Part shown: positions 1-12,640 of the stretch, piece after piece | How positions within the stretch are numbered: the stretch's first letter is position 1 | Layout: the number at the start of each line of letters is the position of its first letter | Assembly (NCBI RefSeq): GCF_044704955.1 | Contig: NC_091984.1 | Location: forward strand, 144,336,001 to 144,400,000 | From: Pristiophorus japonicus | Taxonomy: Eukaryota | DNA: 64,000 nucleotides | Direction: 5' to 3' | Program-made: the position numbers and the translations under genes | The notes under the pieces: model-generated | Told to the model about the DNA's origin: nothing | Database searches by the model: none | Seen by the model: the letters and a program-made list of their open reading frames with translations, nothing else

Positions 1-49
1 ACACACACACTAATATACACCTATTAAACATCCTTCTCCTCCCTTTCAG

Positions 50-378
50 GCCGAGGGAAGACACCACCCATGCTGACCCTGCTGCCCCCCTCCCCGGAGG
101 AGGTCACGACCAAGGGCACTGCCACCCTGGTGTGCCTCGCCGATCACTTCTACCCCGATGCGGTGGAGGTGGAGTGGAAGAAGGACGGGGCGACCATTTC
201 GGCCGGGGTCCAGACCAGCGACTACCTGCGAGCTTCGGACAACACCTACAGTGTCAGCAGCCTGCTGACCCTCTCTGGCTCCGATTGGGAGTCCAACGCC
301 AGCTTCTCCTGCAGCCTCACCCACGAGAGCCTCTCCTCTCCCCTCAGCAAGGGCGTCAGGAGAGCAGAATGTGCGTAG
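50..378 (+). CDS. IGKC: Ig light chain constant exon, cartilaginous-fish kappa (type III/NS4-like), copy 1, intact
   Basis: Polypyrimidine tract and ttcag acceptor (AG 48-49). Phase-1 exon reads (G)RGKTPPMLTLLPPSPEEVTTKGTATLVCLADHFYPDAVEVEWKKDG...YSVSSLLTLSGSDWESNASFSCSLTHESLSSPLSKGVRRAECA*. C1-set Cys/Trp/Cys pattern and penultimate inter-chain Cys; closely resembles shark kappa C domains as I recall them. Confidence 0.93.
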
Positions 379-806
379 CGTGTCAGGGACAGTCCGCGGG
401 GGAGACGCAACTTTAAATAGAACGGGGTGAGCCGGGAGGGCAAAGGTCATTGTCAGCACTGCATTTCTACTCTCTTCCTTCTCGGGACTGGGTCAGGGAA
501 AACATCTGAGGGTCAGGGGGTAAGGCACGTTATTGGAGCAGTGTCAGGGGAGCTTTACTCTGTATCTAACCCATGCTGTACCTGCCCTGGGAGGATTTGA
601 TGGGACAGTGTTGACTCGTGCTGCCAAGTAAAACCTCTCGAAGATGCTGAAGACTGTCAGCAGAGTAAAACTAATGTTAAACTGCGAAATGCCGCTTCAG
701 TAAGCAGACCCCCTCCCTGCTCACCCTGCTGTTACAATTCAAGGTTTAGTCCCCGTTTAAAGGGACAGGATTCTGACGGTGTGGAGAGAATCCCCACAAC
801 TGTTTT

Positions 807-812
807 AATAAA
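807..812 (+). terminator. Polyadenylation signal of C-kappa copy 1
   Basis: AATAAA about 430 nt after the stop. Conserved in copy 2 (19744-19749) and copy 3 (60611-60616, minus). A second AATAAA lies at 902-907. Confidence 0.65.
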
Positions 813-1492
813 GCTGCATTCTCCCTGTGAATGTCTCCAGCTCGCTCTCGCTGGGCTGTTTATTCAAGTCTTGTTTCTGTAAATGTGAATCTGTAAAAGG
901 CAATAAACGTGAAGAATATTCAGTCTGTGTCTGGTGAGTGCTTTGGAAATGTCCCACCTTCCCCACAGCTGGATTGGCTGCATTTCAGTAAGTGTCTGTC
1001 CTGATTGGCTGGGTGAGCTGTCTATTAATGACACGTAGCAGGAGATTCGCTTCAAAGACAATTATCAATCATTTTAAACGATCAATTTGACCTCGAGCCC
1101 CTGGAGTGCACAAGATTAAACACAGAGACTCTAAAAGCTGCTGGGATTAAACCCTCCCAGTCTGAGCATTGGCTCTCACTCTGCACACTGCGGGTGTTGG
1201 GGCAGCTCCCGATAGTGGGATCGCACTGTGCACTCTGTGCTGAGTGCTGGGGGCAATCTGGGGGCAGGAGACCACAGTCACAACGTTTCATTCTCTCTCC
1301 TTAACGTGTGGCTCGTGGCAGCAGCACAAAACTGTACCGAGTGAGGCCCCAGCTTGGGGAGAGGAGCAGTCATACACGTGTATCACCGTGTACATGTCCC
1401 TGAGTGTTAGTGTGGCTTACCCACTGTAGGGGTGTATGTGTGTGTGTGTGTGTGTGACTATTACCCAGCACCGCCTGTAGATGTGTGTGTGT

Positions 1493-2135
1493 TGCTTTCC
1501 CACATTATACTCCATCTGACAACTTTTTGCCCACTCACTTAGCCTGTCTATATCCCTTTGCATATTTTTTGTGTCCTCCTCACAATTTGCTTTCCCACCC
1601 ATCTTTGTATCATCAGAAAACTTGGCTGCATTACACTCGATCCCTTCATCTATGTCATTAAGGTAGATTGTAAATAATAAGGACCCACCACCGATCCCTG
1701 CGGCACCCCACTAGTTACTGTTTGCCAACCGGAAAATGACCCATTTATGCTGACCCTCTGTTTTTTGTTAGTTAGCCAATCCTCTATCCATGCTAATATA
1801 TCACCCCCAACCCCGTGAATTTTTATCTTGTGCCTTTTATGTAGCACCTTATCGAATGCCTTCTGGAAATCCAAATACACCACATCCACTGGTTCCCCTT
1901 TATCCACTTTGCTCGTTACATCCTCAAAGAATTCCAGCAAATGTGTCAAACATGATTCCCCTTCATAAAACCGTGCTGACTCTGCTTGATTGAACTATGC
2001 TTTTCCAAATATCCTGCTACTGCTTCCTGAATAATGGACTCCAGCATTTTCCCAACGACAGATGTTAGGCTAACTGGTCTATCGTTTCCTGCTTTCTGTC
2101 TGCCTCCTTTTTTAAATAGGGGCATTACATTTCCT
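1493..2135 (-). mobile_element. CR1 LINE reverse-transcriptase fragment
   Basis: ORFs read [32 protein letters not shown] and [13 protein letters not shown]. Confidence 0.9.
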
Positions 2136-2194
2136 GTGCATGCTTTGGAGAGGGTGTTAAAAGGAGCAGTGACATCACCAGATTTTGCCTCAAT

Positions 2195-2592
2195 TCAACA
2201 ACAACAGACTGTATTTATATAGCGCCTTTAAAGTAATGAAACGTCCCAAGGCACTTCCCAGGAGTATTATGAGATACAAAATTTGACACCGAGTCACATA
2301 AGAAGAAATTAGTGTAGGTGACCAAAGAGGTATGTTTTAAGGAGCATTTTGAAGGAGGAAATAGAGGTATAGTGTCGGAGATGTTTAGGGAGGGAGTTCC
2401 AGAGCTTGGGGTCCTGGCAACAGAAGGTACGGCCACCAATGGTTGAGCGATTATAATCAGGGATGCTCAGGAGGACAGAATTAGAGGAGCGGAGACATCT
2501 CGGGGGTTTGTGGGACTGGAGGAGATTACAGAGATAGGGAGGGGGCGAGGCCATGGAGGGATGTGACAACAAGGATGAGAATTTTAAAAATC
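2195..2592 (-). mobile_element. L2-clade LINE 3' end
   Basis: PPYLCNLLQ...LRSS...GGRTF...PKLWNSLP...FKMLLKTYLF, followed by an aggcgctatataaatac tail. Paralogues at about 23640-24045 (-) and 57640-58045 (+). Confidence 0.8.
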
Positions 2593-2649
2593 AACCCCTC
2601 CACCGAGCCATTCTCCCCTCTCCCACAGGACTAGGCTCCCGTCTCCCCC

Positions 2650-3140
2650 CCACCGGCCCCTTGAGCCTGCTCTGCCATTCAATGAGATCATGGCTGATCT
2701 TGTACCTCAACTCCACTTTCCTGCACTGTCCCCATATCCCTTTAATATCCAAAAATCTATCGATCTTCGCCTTGAATATACTCAAAGACTGAGCCTCCAC
2801 AGCCCTCAGAGGTAGAGAATTCCAGAGATTCACCACCCTTTGAGTGAAGAAGTTTCTCCTCATCTTATTCCGAAATGGCCAACCCCTTATTCTGGGACTG
2901 TGACCCCTGGTTCTAGACTCCCCAGCCAGGGGAAACATCCTCCCTGCATCTACCCTGTCAAGCCCTGTCAGAACTTTGTATGTTTCAATGAGATCACCTC
3001 TCATTCTTCTAAACTCTGGAGAGTATAGGCCTTGAAACTTGTGGAACCAAGGCGGGTAGATGGAGTTCAGATACAGATGAGCCATGATCTGATTGAATGG
3101 GGGAACAGGCTCGATGGGCTGAATGGCCTCCTCCTGTTCA
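2650..3140. mobile_element. Two abutting CR1 3'-end fragments in opposite orientations
   Basis: Minus-strand LYSPEFRRMRGDLIETYK...RNFFTQRVVNLWNSLP (2650-3030), then a plus-strand CR1 3' UTR (3030-3140). Confidence 0.8.
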
Positions 3141-3141
3141 A

Positions 3142-6100
3142 TGTTAATATGTCCTTGCTATACAGTATAAATGCACAGGAGGCCCATACTTGAGAGAAGG
3201 TCTCTCTGTGATCAGTAACCTTTATTAGCCAGCACTGAAGTGATGAAGGTGGGTGGAGCTTCCCCTTTTATACCTGAAAGTCCAGGTTAGGAGTGTCTCC
3301 CACAAGTTCACCACCTAGTGGTCAATGTTCTCATGGTGTACAACTTAGGTCACTTTTTTCATGGGTTACAATGACAGTTAAATACATGACATCACCTCCC
3401 CCGCAAAGTCTTATTGGACTCACAGGTTAAGTCTCTCTGGTGGTTTACTCTTCCTTGTAGAGCGCCTGAGTTGGGGCTCCAGTTGTTGGGTGCTGGCCTG
3501 ATTGTCTGCTGTTTGAGGTGCCTCAGGCCTGTCCGGACTGCCCACAGTGACTGGGCAATCCTTCGCTTGGTTCCGGTGTTCGGTCACCTGTGGTGGAGTG
3601 AACTCTACATCGTGTTCTTTCTCTGCTTCTTCTGTAGGGTAGCTGAACCTCCTTTATTGTTTGATCCATGTGTTTGTGGCAGATTTGTCCATTGGTAAGT
3701 TTAACTACCAGAATCCTATTCCCCTCTTTGGCAATCACAGTGCCTGCGAGCCATTTAGTCCCTGCAGCGTAGTTGAGGAAAAAGACAGGGTCATTGACAT
3801 CAATACATCGTGCCTTTGCATTCCCGTCATGGTAGTCACATGATGACTGGCGCCTGCTCTCAACAATTTCTTTCATGGTGGGGTGTATAAGGGATAACCT
3901 GGTTTTGAGCATCCTTTTCATTAGCAGCTCTGCGGGTGGGACCCCTGTGAGTGAGTGTGGTCGGGATCCATTGGCCAACAGGAGGCATGCTAAGCGGCTT
4001 TGTAGGGGACCCCCTTGGATTCTGAGCATCCCCTGTTTGATTATCTGCACTGCTCGTTCCGCCTGGCCGTTTGAGGCCGGCTTGAACAGTGCCGCTCTGA
4101 CATGGTTGATACCATTTCCTGCCATGAAGGCCTGGAATTCAGTGCTTGTAAAGCACGGGCCATTGTCGCTGACCAAAACGTCCGGTAGACCATGGGCGGC
4201 GAACATTGCCCGTAGATTTCGACCGTGGCAGCGGATGTGCTTCAATTGAGAATGTCACACTCGATCCATTTGGAGTAGGCGTCTACTACAACCAAAAACA
4301 TTTTTCCCATGAAAGGACCTGCGTAGTCCACATGGATGCGTGTGCATGGCTTGGCGGGCCAGGACCAGGGGCTAAGGGGGGCTTCGCTGGGCGCATTGCC
4401 CAGCTGGGCACACGTATTGCACCTGCGAACACAAAGTTCCAGGTTTGCATCTATCCCTGGCCACCAAACGTGTGACCTGGCAATTGCCTTCATCATGACA
4501 ATGCCCGAGTGCTCATTGTGGAATAATCTGATGAATATCTCTCTGCCCACCTGGGGCATGACTACTCGGTTTCCCCACCCATAGTAGGCAATCGGCGTGA
4601 ATCGAGAGTTCATCCCTGCGCCTGTGAAATGGTTTAAATTCCTCAGGGCATGCCCTGTACGTGGCTGCCCAGTCCCCATTCAGGACACATTTCTTGACGA
4701 GAGACAATAGCTGGTCTCCATTTGTCCAGACTTTAATCTGACGGGCTGTCACTGGTGAGCCTTCGCTTTTGAAAGTTTCAACAGCCATGACCATCTCAGC
4801 AGCATGCTCGGTTGCCTCCTCGGTGGTGGCGAGTGGGAGCCTGCTGAGTGCATCGGCGCAGTTTTCAGTGCCCAGACTGTGACGAATTGTATAGTCAGAG
4901 GCAGCTAATGTGAGTGCCCACTTCTGTATGTGGGCCGATGCATTTGCATTTATGGCCTTGTTGTTGGCCAAAAGGGAAATTAGGGGTTTGTGATCTTTCT
5001 CCAGCTCAAATTTCCTGCCAAACAGGTACTGGTGCATTTTTTTTACAGCATATACACATGCAAACGCTTTCTTTTCTACCATCCTGTAGCCCCATTCTGC
5101 CTTGGACAGACTTCTGGAGGCATAAGCTACCGGCTGTAACTGACCCTTGGAATTAACATGCTGCAACACACACCAGACCCCATAGGACGACGCGTCGCAC
5201 GTTAAAACGAGTGTCTTACATGGGTCATATAGCGTTAACAGATTGTTGGAGCATAACAAATTTCGTGCTCTATCAAAAGTCCTTTCCTGGCTGTCCCCCC
5301 AGACCCATTCGCGACATTTGCATAAGAGTACGTGTAGCGGCTCTAACAGCATGCTCAATTTGGGAAGAAAGTTACCAAAATAGTTCAGGAGCCCCAGGAA
5401 CGAACGCAGCTCCGTCGTGTTGCGGGGTCTGGGTGCTCTCTGGATTGCTTCCGTTTTGGACGCATTAGGTCTGATCCCGTCTGCTGCTACCCTCATCCCC
5501 AGGAATTCTACCTCTGGAGCTAGGAAGACACACTTCGCTTTTTTCAGTTGCAGACCTCCCCGGTTCAGTCTGCGTAGCACCTCCTCCAGGTTGCGGAGGT
5601 GTTCTTCAGTATCACAACCCGTGATGAGGATATCGTCTTGAAAAACCACTCTCCTTGGAATCGACTTGAGGAGGCTTTCCATATTTCGTTGAAAGATCTC
5701 GGGGCCGAGCGAATCCCAAATGGACATCTATTGTACTCAAACAGCCCCTTGTTTGTCGTGATGGTGGTCAGCTTCTTAGACTCACTCGCAAGCTCCTGGG
5801 GCATGTAAGCTGAGGTCAGGTCCAATTTTGAAAAAAGTTTGCCACCGAATAGCGTCGCAAAGAGGTCCTCCGCTCTCGGTAGTGGTTACTGGTCTTGGAG
5901 TGACACCTGATTGATGGTGGCCATGTAATCACTACATATCCTGACCGACCCATCCGCCTTGAGCACCGGCACAATCGGGCTTGCCCAGTCACTGAATTCG
6001 ACTGGCGAGATGATGCCTTCCCTCAGCAGGCGGTCCAATTCGCCTTCTATCTTTTCCCGCATCACTTACGGCACCGCTCTGACCTTGTGGTGTACTGGCC

Positions 6101-7870
6101 TCGCACCCGGGTTTATGTAAATCACTACCTTGGTCCCCATGAAAGTGCCAGTGCCGGGTTGAAATTGTGAGTCAAATTTGTCCAGGACCTGTGAGCATGA
6201 TATTCACTCCACAGAAGAAATTGCATTGACATCGCCCCATTTCCAGTTCATGACAGCCAGCCAACTCCTCCCCAGCAGTGCGAGACCGTCCCCCGGGACA
6301 ATCCAGAGTGAAAAGCTGTTCTCCAAATCTTTGTGGGTCACGACTACCGTGGCTCTGCCCAGCACCGGAATGATCTCCTTTGTATATGTCTGTTGCTGTG
6401 CGTCAATCGGCAATAATTTTGGCCTCCTGGCCTTGGACGCCCACAACTTGTCGAACTGTTTGATACTCATCAGGGACTGGCTGGCCCCTGTGTCTAGCTC
6501 CATTGATACTGGGATGCCATTGAGGAAGGCTTTCATCATTATTGGTGGTGTCCTGGTATATGAACTGTATACGTGCTCCACATGAACTCGTCAAACTTCA
6601 GCTTCCAGCGAATTCCCCCAGTGTTCATTTGGCATCGTAGAGTTTACATCGCCTCCGTCATCCTCGTACACCAAACTGGCTGCAGGCTTCCTGCATTTAC
6701 GCGCCAAGTGACTGCTGACATTGCAGTTTCTGAAGGTATATTGCTGATACCTGCAAACTCTGGCTGTGTATTTGCCTCTACACCTCCAGCAAGAGCCGTT
6801 GTTGGAAACAGAAGGTCCATTGCCAGTCGATCGTCTCTGACTGTCTCTGTAACTGTCCTTAAGCGCACCATTGACAGGTGTTTATGGCCCCCTTACTGGC
6901 CGTATTGTCCCTTGCGTTGGCATGAATCGCCATTCAGCTAGCCATTGTCTCTGTTGCATTCCCCCTTTGGGTTCGACTACATGCTCAGGCATGTCCGATT
7001 GCCCCTGTCTGCCTGGAGAACTGTGTGCCGCATTAACAATGTTGACACCCTGTCCATTTGCTGCATTTAAACCAAGATTCTTGTCAAACGTCATTCTGGT
7101 CTCTTCCTCCCCCGATGTCTGGGCCATCAAAGCCGCCGTTTCCAGGGTCAAGTCTTTGGTTTCAATCAGTTTCCTGAAAACCCCAGTGTGCCCGATGCCC
7201 TCAATAAAAAAGTCTCGTAGCATCTCCGCTCTGCATGCATCTGGGAACTTACATAGGCTCGCCAGTCGCCGTAGGTCTGCCACGAAGTCTGGAACGCTTT
7301 GCCCTTCTCGCCGCCGGTGCGTATAAAACCGGTGTCTCGCCATGTGCTTGCTGCTCGCCGGTTTAAAGTCTTCCCCGATCAACTTACTGAGCTCTTCAAA
7401 AGTCTTGTCCGCCGGCTTCTCTGACACTAGAAGGTCCTTCATCAGGGAGTAGGTCCTGGATCCACAAACCGTCAGGAGATGAGCCTTGCATTTGTCGGCC
7501 GAATCTTGTCCCAGCCATTCCTTAGTGACGAAGCTTTGCTGTAGTCTCTCAATAAAATCATCCCAACCATCACCAACACAGTACCTCTCGTCTGTGCTGC
7601 TAGTGGCCATGCTCGCGTGGTTTAAATCCTAGTTTCTGTCGCCTGTACAGTATAAATGCACACGAGGCCCATACTTGAGAGAAGGTCACTCTGTGACCAG
7701 TAACCTTTATTAGCCATCACTGAAGTGATGAAGGTGGGTGGAGCTTCCCTTTTATACCTGAAAGCCCAGGAGTGTCTCTCACAAGTTCACCACCTAGTGG
7801 TCGATGTTCTCACGGTATACAACTTAGGTCAGTTTATACATGGGTTACAATGACAGATAAATAAATGACA
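3142..7870 (-). mobile_element. Ty3/Gypsy (Mag-like) LTR retrotransposon, near full length, decayed
   Basis: LTRs at about 3142-3391 and 7644-7870 (both end ..atgaca). PPT complement tcacctccccc after 3391; eroded PBS near 7635-7643. gag 6882-7610, protease ELDTGAS, RT FQDDIL, RNase H CDASSYG, integrase HVDYAGP..SDNG..AER. Absent at the paralogous sites near 32860 and 56907. Confidence 0.95.
3400..7610 (-). pseudogene. gag-pol of Gypsy element 1 (frameshifted)
   Basis: ORF fragments 6882-7610, 6204-6581, 5565-5825, 4513-5727, 4242-4679 and 3523-4245, in gag-PR-RT-RH-IN order. Confidence 0.9.
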
Positions 7871-8059
7871 ATTTTGTCCAGCAGCAGCTGTGTACCTCTC
7901 TGCAACCTCATCTTGACTTTTATCAATCGCGTCAAAGCCTTGATTCCCTCACCAGCGGGCTGGTGTTTCCAGATCAATGTCCAGCTGATCGATGCCATGA
8001 GTCAGACTCAGTGAGTGCTGTCAATGGGTGGAAAGGCTGATCTAACTGCAGCCTTGTTC

Positions 8060-8822
8060 TAATGCTTTTGGGGAGGGGCAACAAGACAAGGGAATACACA
8101 ATAAATGGGAGGGTACTGACAGGGGTGGAGGAATGGAGGGACCTTGGAGTGCATGTCCACAGATCCCTGAAGGTAGCAGGCCAGGTCGATAAGGTGGTTA
8201 AAAAGGCATACGGAATACTTGCCTTTATTAGCCGAGGCATTGAATACAAGAGCTGGGAGGTTATGCTTGAACTGTATAAAACACTAGTTAGGCCACAGCT
8301 AGAGTACTGCGTGCAGTCCTGGTCACCACATTACAGGAAAGATGTGATTGCACAAGGGAGGGTATAGAGGATTTTCACGAGGATGTTGCCAGGACTGGAC
8401 AATTTTAGCTATGAGGAAAGATTGGATCTGCTGGGCGTTTTTTCCGTGGAGGCTGAGGGGAGACCTTATTGAGGTGTATAAAATGGTGAGGGTCCTCGAT
8501 AGAGTGGATAGAATGGACCCATTTCCCTTAGCAGAGGGGTCAACAACTAGGAGGCATAGATTTAAAGTAATTGGTGGAAGGGTTAGAGGAAGATGAGGAA
8601 ACAATTCTTCACCCAGAGGGTGGTGGGGGTCTGGAACTCACTGCCTGAAAGGGTGGTAGAGGCAGAAACCCTCACCACATTTAAAAAGTACTTGGATGTG
8701 CACTTCAGGGCTACAGATCCAGAGGTGGAAAGTGGGATTTGGCTGGGTAGCTCTTTGTTGGCCGGCGCTGACATGACCGACCGAAATGGCCTCCTTTCGT
8801 GCTGTAATTTTCTGTGATTCTA
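8060..8822 (+). mobile_element. CR1 LINE 3' portion
   Basis: RDLGVHVHRSLK...YKTLVRPQLEYCVQ...RLRGDLIEVYK...FFTQRVVGVWNSLP. Paralogues at 55935-56720 (-) and 33047-33280 (+, truncated). Confidence 0.9.
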
Positions 8823-9109
8823 TAATCGTGCTGGTGGTGTTGACCACTTTAAAAGTCACAGCATACATTTTATTGAAGCTATTTCTGTTCCCGGTTTCCC
8901 CATTGCCAATAATTGGATCAATCGATGCTGTAGCGCTTCCTTGCGGTACATCTATATGGACTCCACCCAAACCCCTGCTTTCAACCCTTGAACCCACATT
9001 GCCTACGCTAGCTGGAGCCCCCCTCCTTAATCACAGCATCTCACAGCACAGAGGGAGGCCATTCAGCCCATCAAACCTGTGCTGGCTCTTTGAAAGAGCT
9101 ATGGACCCC

Positions 9110-9257
9110 TAAGGCCTGGATTAATGATCCAGAGACACGAGTTCAAACCCACCATGGCAGCTGGCGAATTTAAATTCAGTTAATTAAATGAATCAGGAAT
9201 AAAAAGCTAGTGTCAGTAATGGTGACCATGAAACTGCTGGATTGTTGGAAAAACCCA
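9110..9257 (+). mobile_element. tRNA-derived SINE fragment
   Basis: B-box-like gagttcaaaccc followed by a body typical of shark SINEs. Paralogue at about 55495-55640 (-). Confidence 0.55.
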
Positions 9258-12200
9258 CCTACCTGGCCTGCTACCTTCAGGGATCTGTGGACATGCATAC
9301 CAAGGTCCCTTTGTTCCTCGACACCTCTCAGTATCCTACCATTTAATGTGTATTCCCTTGCCTGGTTAGCCCTCCCCAAATGCATTACCTCACACTTCTC
9401 TGGATTGAATTCCATAGGCCAATGTTCTGCCCACCTGACCAGTTGATTGATATCTTCCTGCAGTCAACAGCTATCTTCTTCATTATCAGCCACAAGGCTG
9501 ATTTTACTATCATCTGAAAACTTCTTCATTATACCCCCTACATTCAAGTCGAACTCATTGATATATATCACAAAAAGCAAGGGACCTTGTACTGAGCCCT
9601 GCGGAACCCCACTGGAAACAGCCTTCCAGTCACAAAAACACACATCAACCGTTTCCTTTTGCTTCCTGCCTCCGAGCCAATTTTGGATCCAACTTGCCAC
9701 TTTGCCCTGGATCCCATGAGCTTTGACTTTTGTGAGCAGTCTGCAATGTGGAACCTTATAAAAGCCTTGCTCAAATCCATCTACACTTTATCATACGCAC
9801 TGTCCTCATGGACCCTCCTTATTACTTCCTCGATGAATTCAATCAAGTTATTCAGACATGAGCTTCCCTGAACAAATCCATGCTGACTGTCCTTGATTAA
9901 TCCGTGTCATTCCAAATGAAGATTTATCCTGTTTCTCAGAACTTTTTCCAATAATTTTTCCAGCACCAAGGTTAGGCTGACTGGCCTGTAATTACTCGGT
10001 CTATCTCTTTCTCCCTTTTTAAACAAAGGTGCAACATTAGCAGTCCTCCAGTCCTCTGGCATCTCACCTGTAGCCACAGAGGATTGGAAAATGTTGGTCA
10101 GAGCCTCTGCTATTTCCTCTTTTGCTTCTCTTAACAGCCTGAGATACATTTTATCCGGGCCGGGGGATTTCTCCACATTCAAAGCTGCTAAGCCCCTTAA
10201 TACTTCCTCTCTCACTATGTTTATTTCATCTAATATTTCACACTCCTCCTCCCTGATTGCAATGTCTGCATTGCCCGTCTCTTTTTTGAAAACAGGTGCA
10301 AAGTATTCATTGAGAATCATATCCACGTCTTCCGCCTCCACACACAGATTACCTTTATGGTCTCTAATAAGCCGTACTCGTTCTTTAATTATCCTCTTGC
10401 TCTTAATGTATTTATAAAACATCTTTGGGTTTTCCTTGATTTTACTTGCCAAAATGTTTTCATGCTCTCTCTTTGCTTTCCTAATTTCCTTTTTAATTGC
10501 ACCCCTGCACTTTCTATACTCCTCTAAAGTTCCTGCAGTATTGAGCCCTCGGTATCTGTTATAAGCCTCCCTTTTTTACTTTATCCTACACTGTATTTCC
10601 CTTGACATCCAGGGACCTCCAGATTTGTTAGTCCCACCCTTTTTCTTTAAGGGAACAGACTTACTCTGAAACCACAGGATTGCCTCCTTGAATGCCTCCC
10701 ACTGCTCTGACACTGATTTACCTTCAAGTAGCCGTTTCCAGTCCACTTTGGCCAAATCTCATCTCAGTTCAGCAAAATTGGCTTTTCCCCATTGAGAACT
10801 TTTATTCCTGGTTTATCTTTGTCCTTATCCATAACTACCCGAAATCTAACTGAATTATGATCACTAGCACCAAAATGCTCTCCCACTGATACCCCTTCCA
10901 CCTGCCCCTCTTCATTCCCCAAAACCAAGTCCAGAACCGTCCCCTCCCTTGTTGGGCTTGTTACATACTGGCTAAAAAAGTTCTCCCAAAGGTATTTTAG
11001 GAATTCCGCACCCTGTATACCTTTCACACTAATTTTATCCCAGTTAATATTAGGGTAGTTGAAATCCCCTAATATTACTGCCCTATAGTTTTTGCACTTG
11101 TCAGAAATGTACCAACATATTTGCTCTTCTCTCTCCCTCTGACTATTTGGGGGTCTATAGTACACTTCCACCAGTGTGATTACCCCTTTTTTGTTCTTCA
11201 ATTCGACCTATATGGCCTCATTTGATGATCCTTCCAACATATCATCCCTCCTCACAGCTGTAATTGTTTCTTTCAATTGTTTCACAACTGCGACCCCCTC
11301 CTTTTTTATCCCCCTCTCTATCCCGTCTGAAAACCCTGTAACCAGGAATGTTGAGCTGCCATACCTGCCCTTCTTTCAGCCATGTCTCAGTAATAGCTAT
11401 AATATCGTACTCCCAAATGTCTATCTGTGCTCTCAGCTCATCTGCCTTTTTCTCTACACTTCTTGCATTGAAGTATATACCATTTAGCACTGCCAAACTG
11501 CCTTGCTGTCTATTTTCTAGGCTTTGTTTCCTCTGTCTTCCAAATTCACTTTCTACTTTTCTGCTTTCCAATTCCAGCTTTGCTTCTCTCCCCACTGAAT
11601 CTATTCTCCGGTTCTCACCCCACTGCCAAGCGAGCTTAAACCCTCCCCAACCACACGAGAAAACCCCGCCGTGAGGATATTGGTCCCAGCTCTGTTGTGG
11701 TGCAACCCATCCGGCTTGTACACGTCCCACCTCCCCCAGAAATGGTCCCAATGCCTTCAGAATCTAAAGGCCTCCCTCCTGCACCATCTCTCCAGCCATG
11801 CATTCATCTGCTCTATCCTCCTATTTCTGTACTCACTAGACATGGCACCGGGAGTAATCCAGAGATTACGAGCTTTAAGGTCTTGCTTTTTAATCTCTCT
11901 CCTAGCTCCCTAAACTCTGCCTGTAGGACCTCATCCCTCTTTCTACCTATGTCATTGGTACCGATATGGACCACAACATCTGGCTGTTCACCCTTCCCCC
12001 TCAGAATGTACTGCAGCCACTCAGTGACATCGACGACCCTGGCACCAGGCAGGCAACATACCATCCTGGAGTCACGTCTGCGGCCGCAGAAATGCCTGTC
12101 TGTTCCCCTAACTATCGAATCCCCTACCACTATTGCTCTTCCACTCTTCTTCCTCCCCCCTGTGCAGCTGAGCCACCCGTGGTGCCGTGGACTTGGCTCT

Positions 12201-12640
12201 GGCTGCACTTCCTAGAGGCACCATCGCCCCCACCAGGACTCAGAACAGAATACTGGTTGGAGAGCGAGATGGACTCAGGGGACTCCTGCACTACCTGCCT
12301 GAACCTCCTCTTCTGTCTGGTGGTCACCCATTCCCTCTCGGCCTGCACACTCTTAAGCTGCGGGGTGACCACCTCTAGAAACGTGCTATCCACGAAGTTC
12401 TCAGCCTCGCGGATGCACCACAGTGACTCCAGCCGCCGCTCAATCTCTGAAACGCGGAGCTCGAGTTGCTGTAGCTGGTGACACTTCCTGCAAATGTGGT
12501 CGTCCCGGCCACGAGAAGTGTCCAGGACTTCCCACATGGCACAGGATGTGCTCTCCACGGGACAGAACTGCCCTGCCATGTCTCTATTTAATAGCTGAGA
12601 ACTAACTTAGCAGAAATAAACTTAAAGTAATAAAAAAGCA
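9258..12640 (-). mobile_element. CR1 LINE with ORF1 (zinc finger + SGNH esterase-like) and ORF2 (APE endonuclease + RT), 3'-truncated
   Basis: ORF1 MAGQFCPVE..C..C..(12579), IVVGDSIVRG..VVVHIGTND. ORF2 [54 protein letters not shown]. Confidence 0.93.

Noticed and set aside
46-459. Antisense and alternative-frame ORFs over the C exons (also 13895-14331, 60963-61378)
   Set aside because: Shadows of GC-rich coding sequence.
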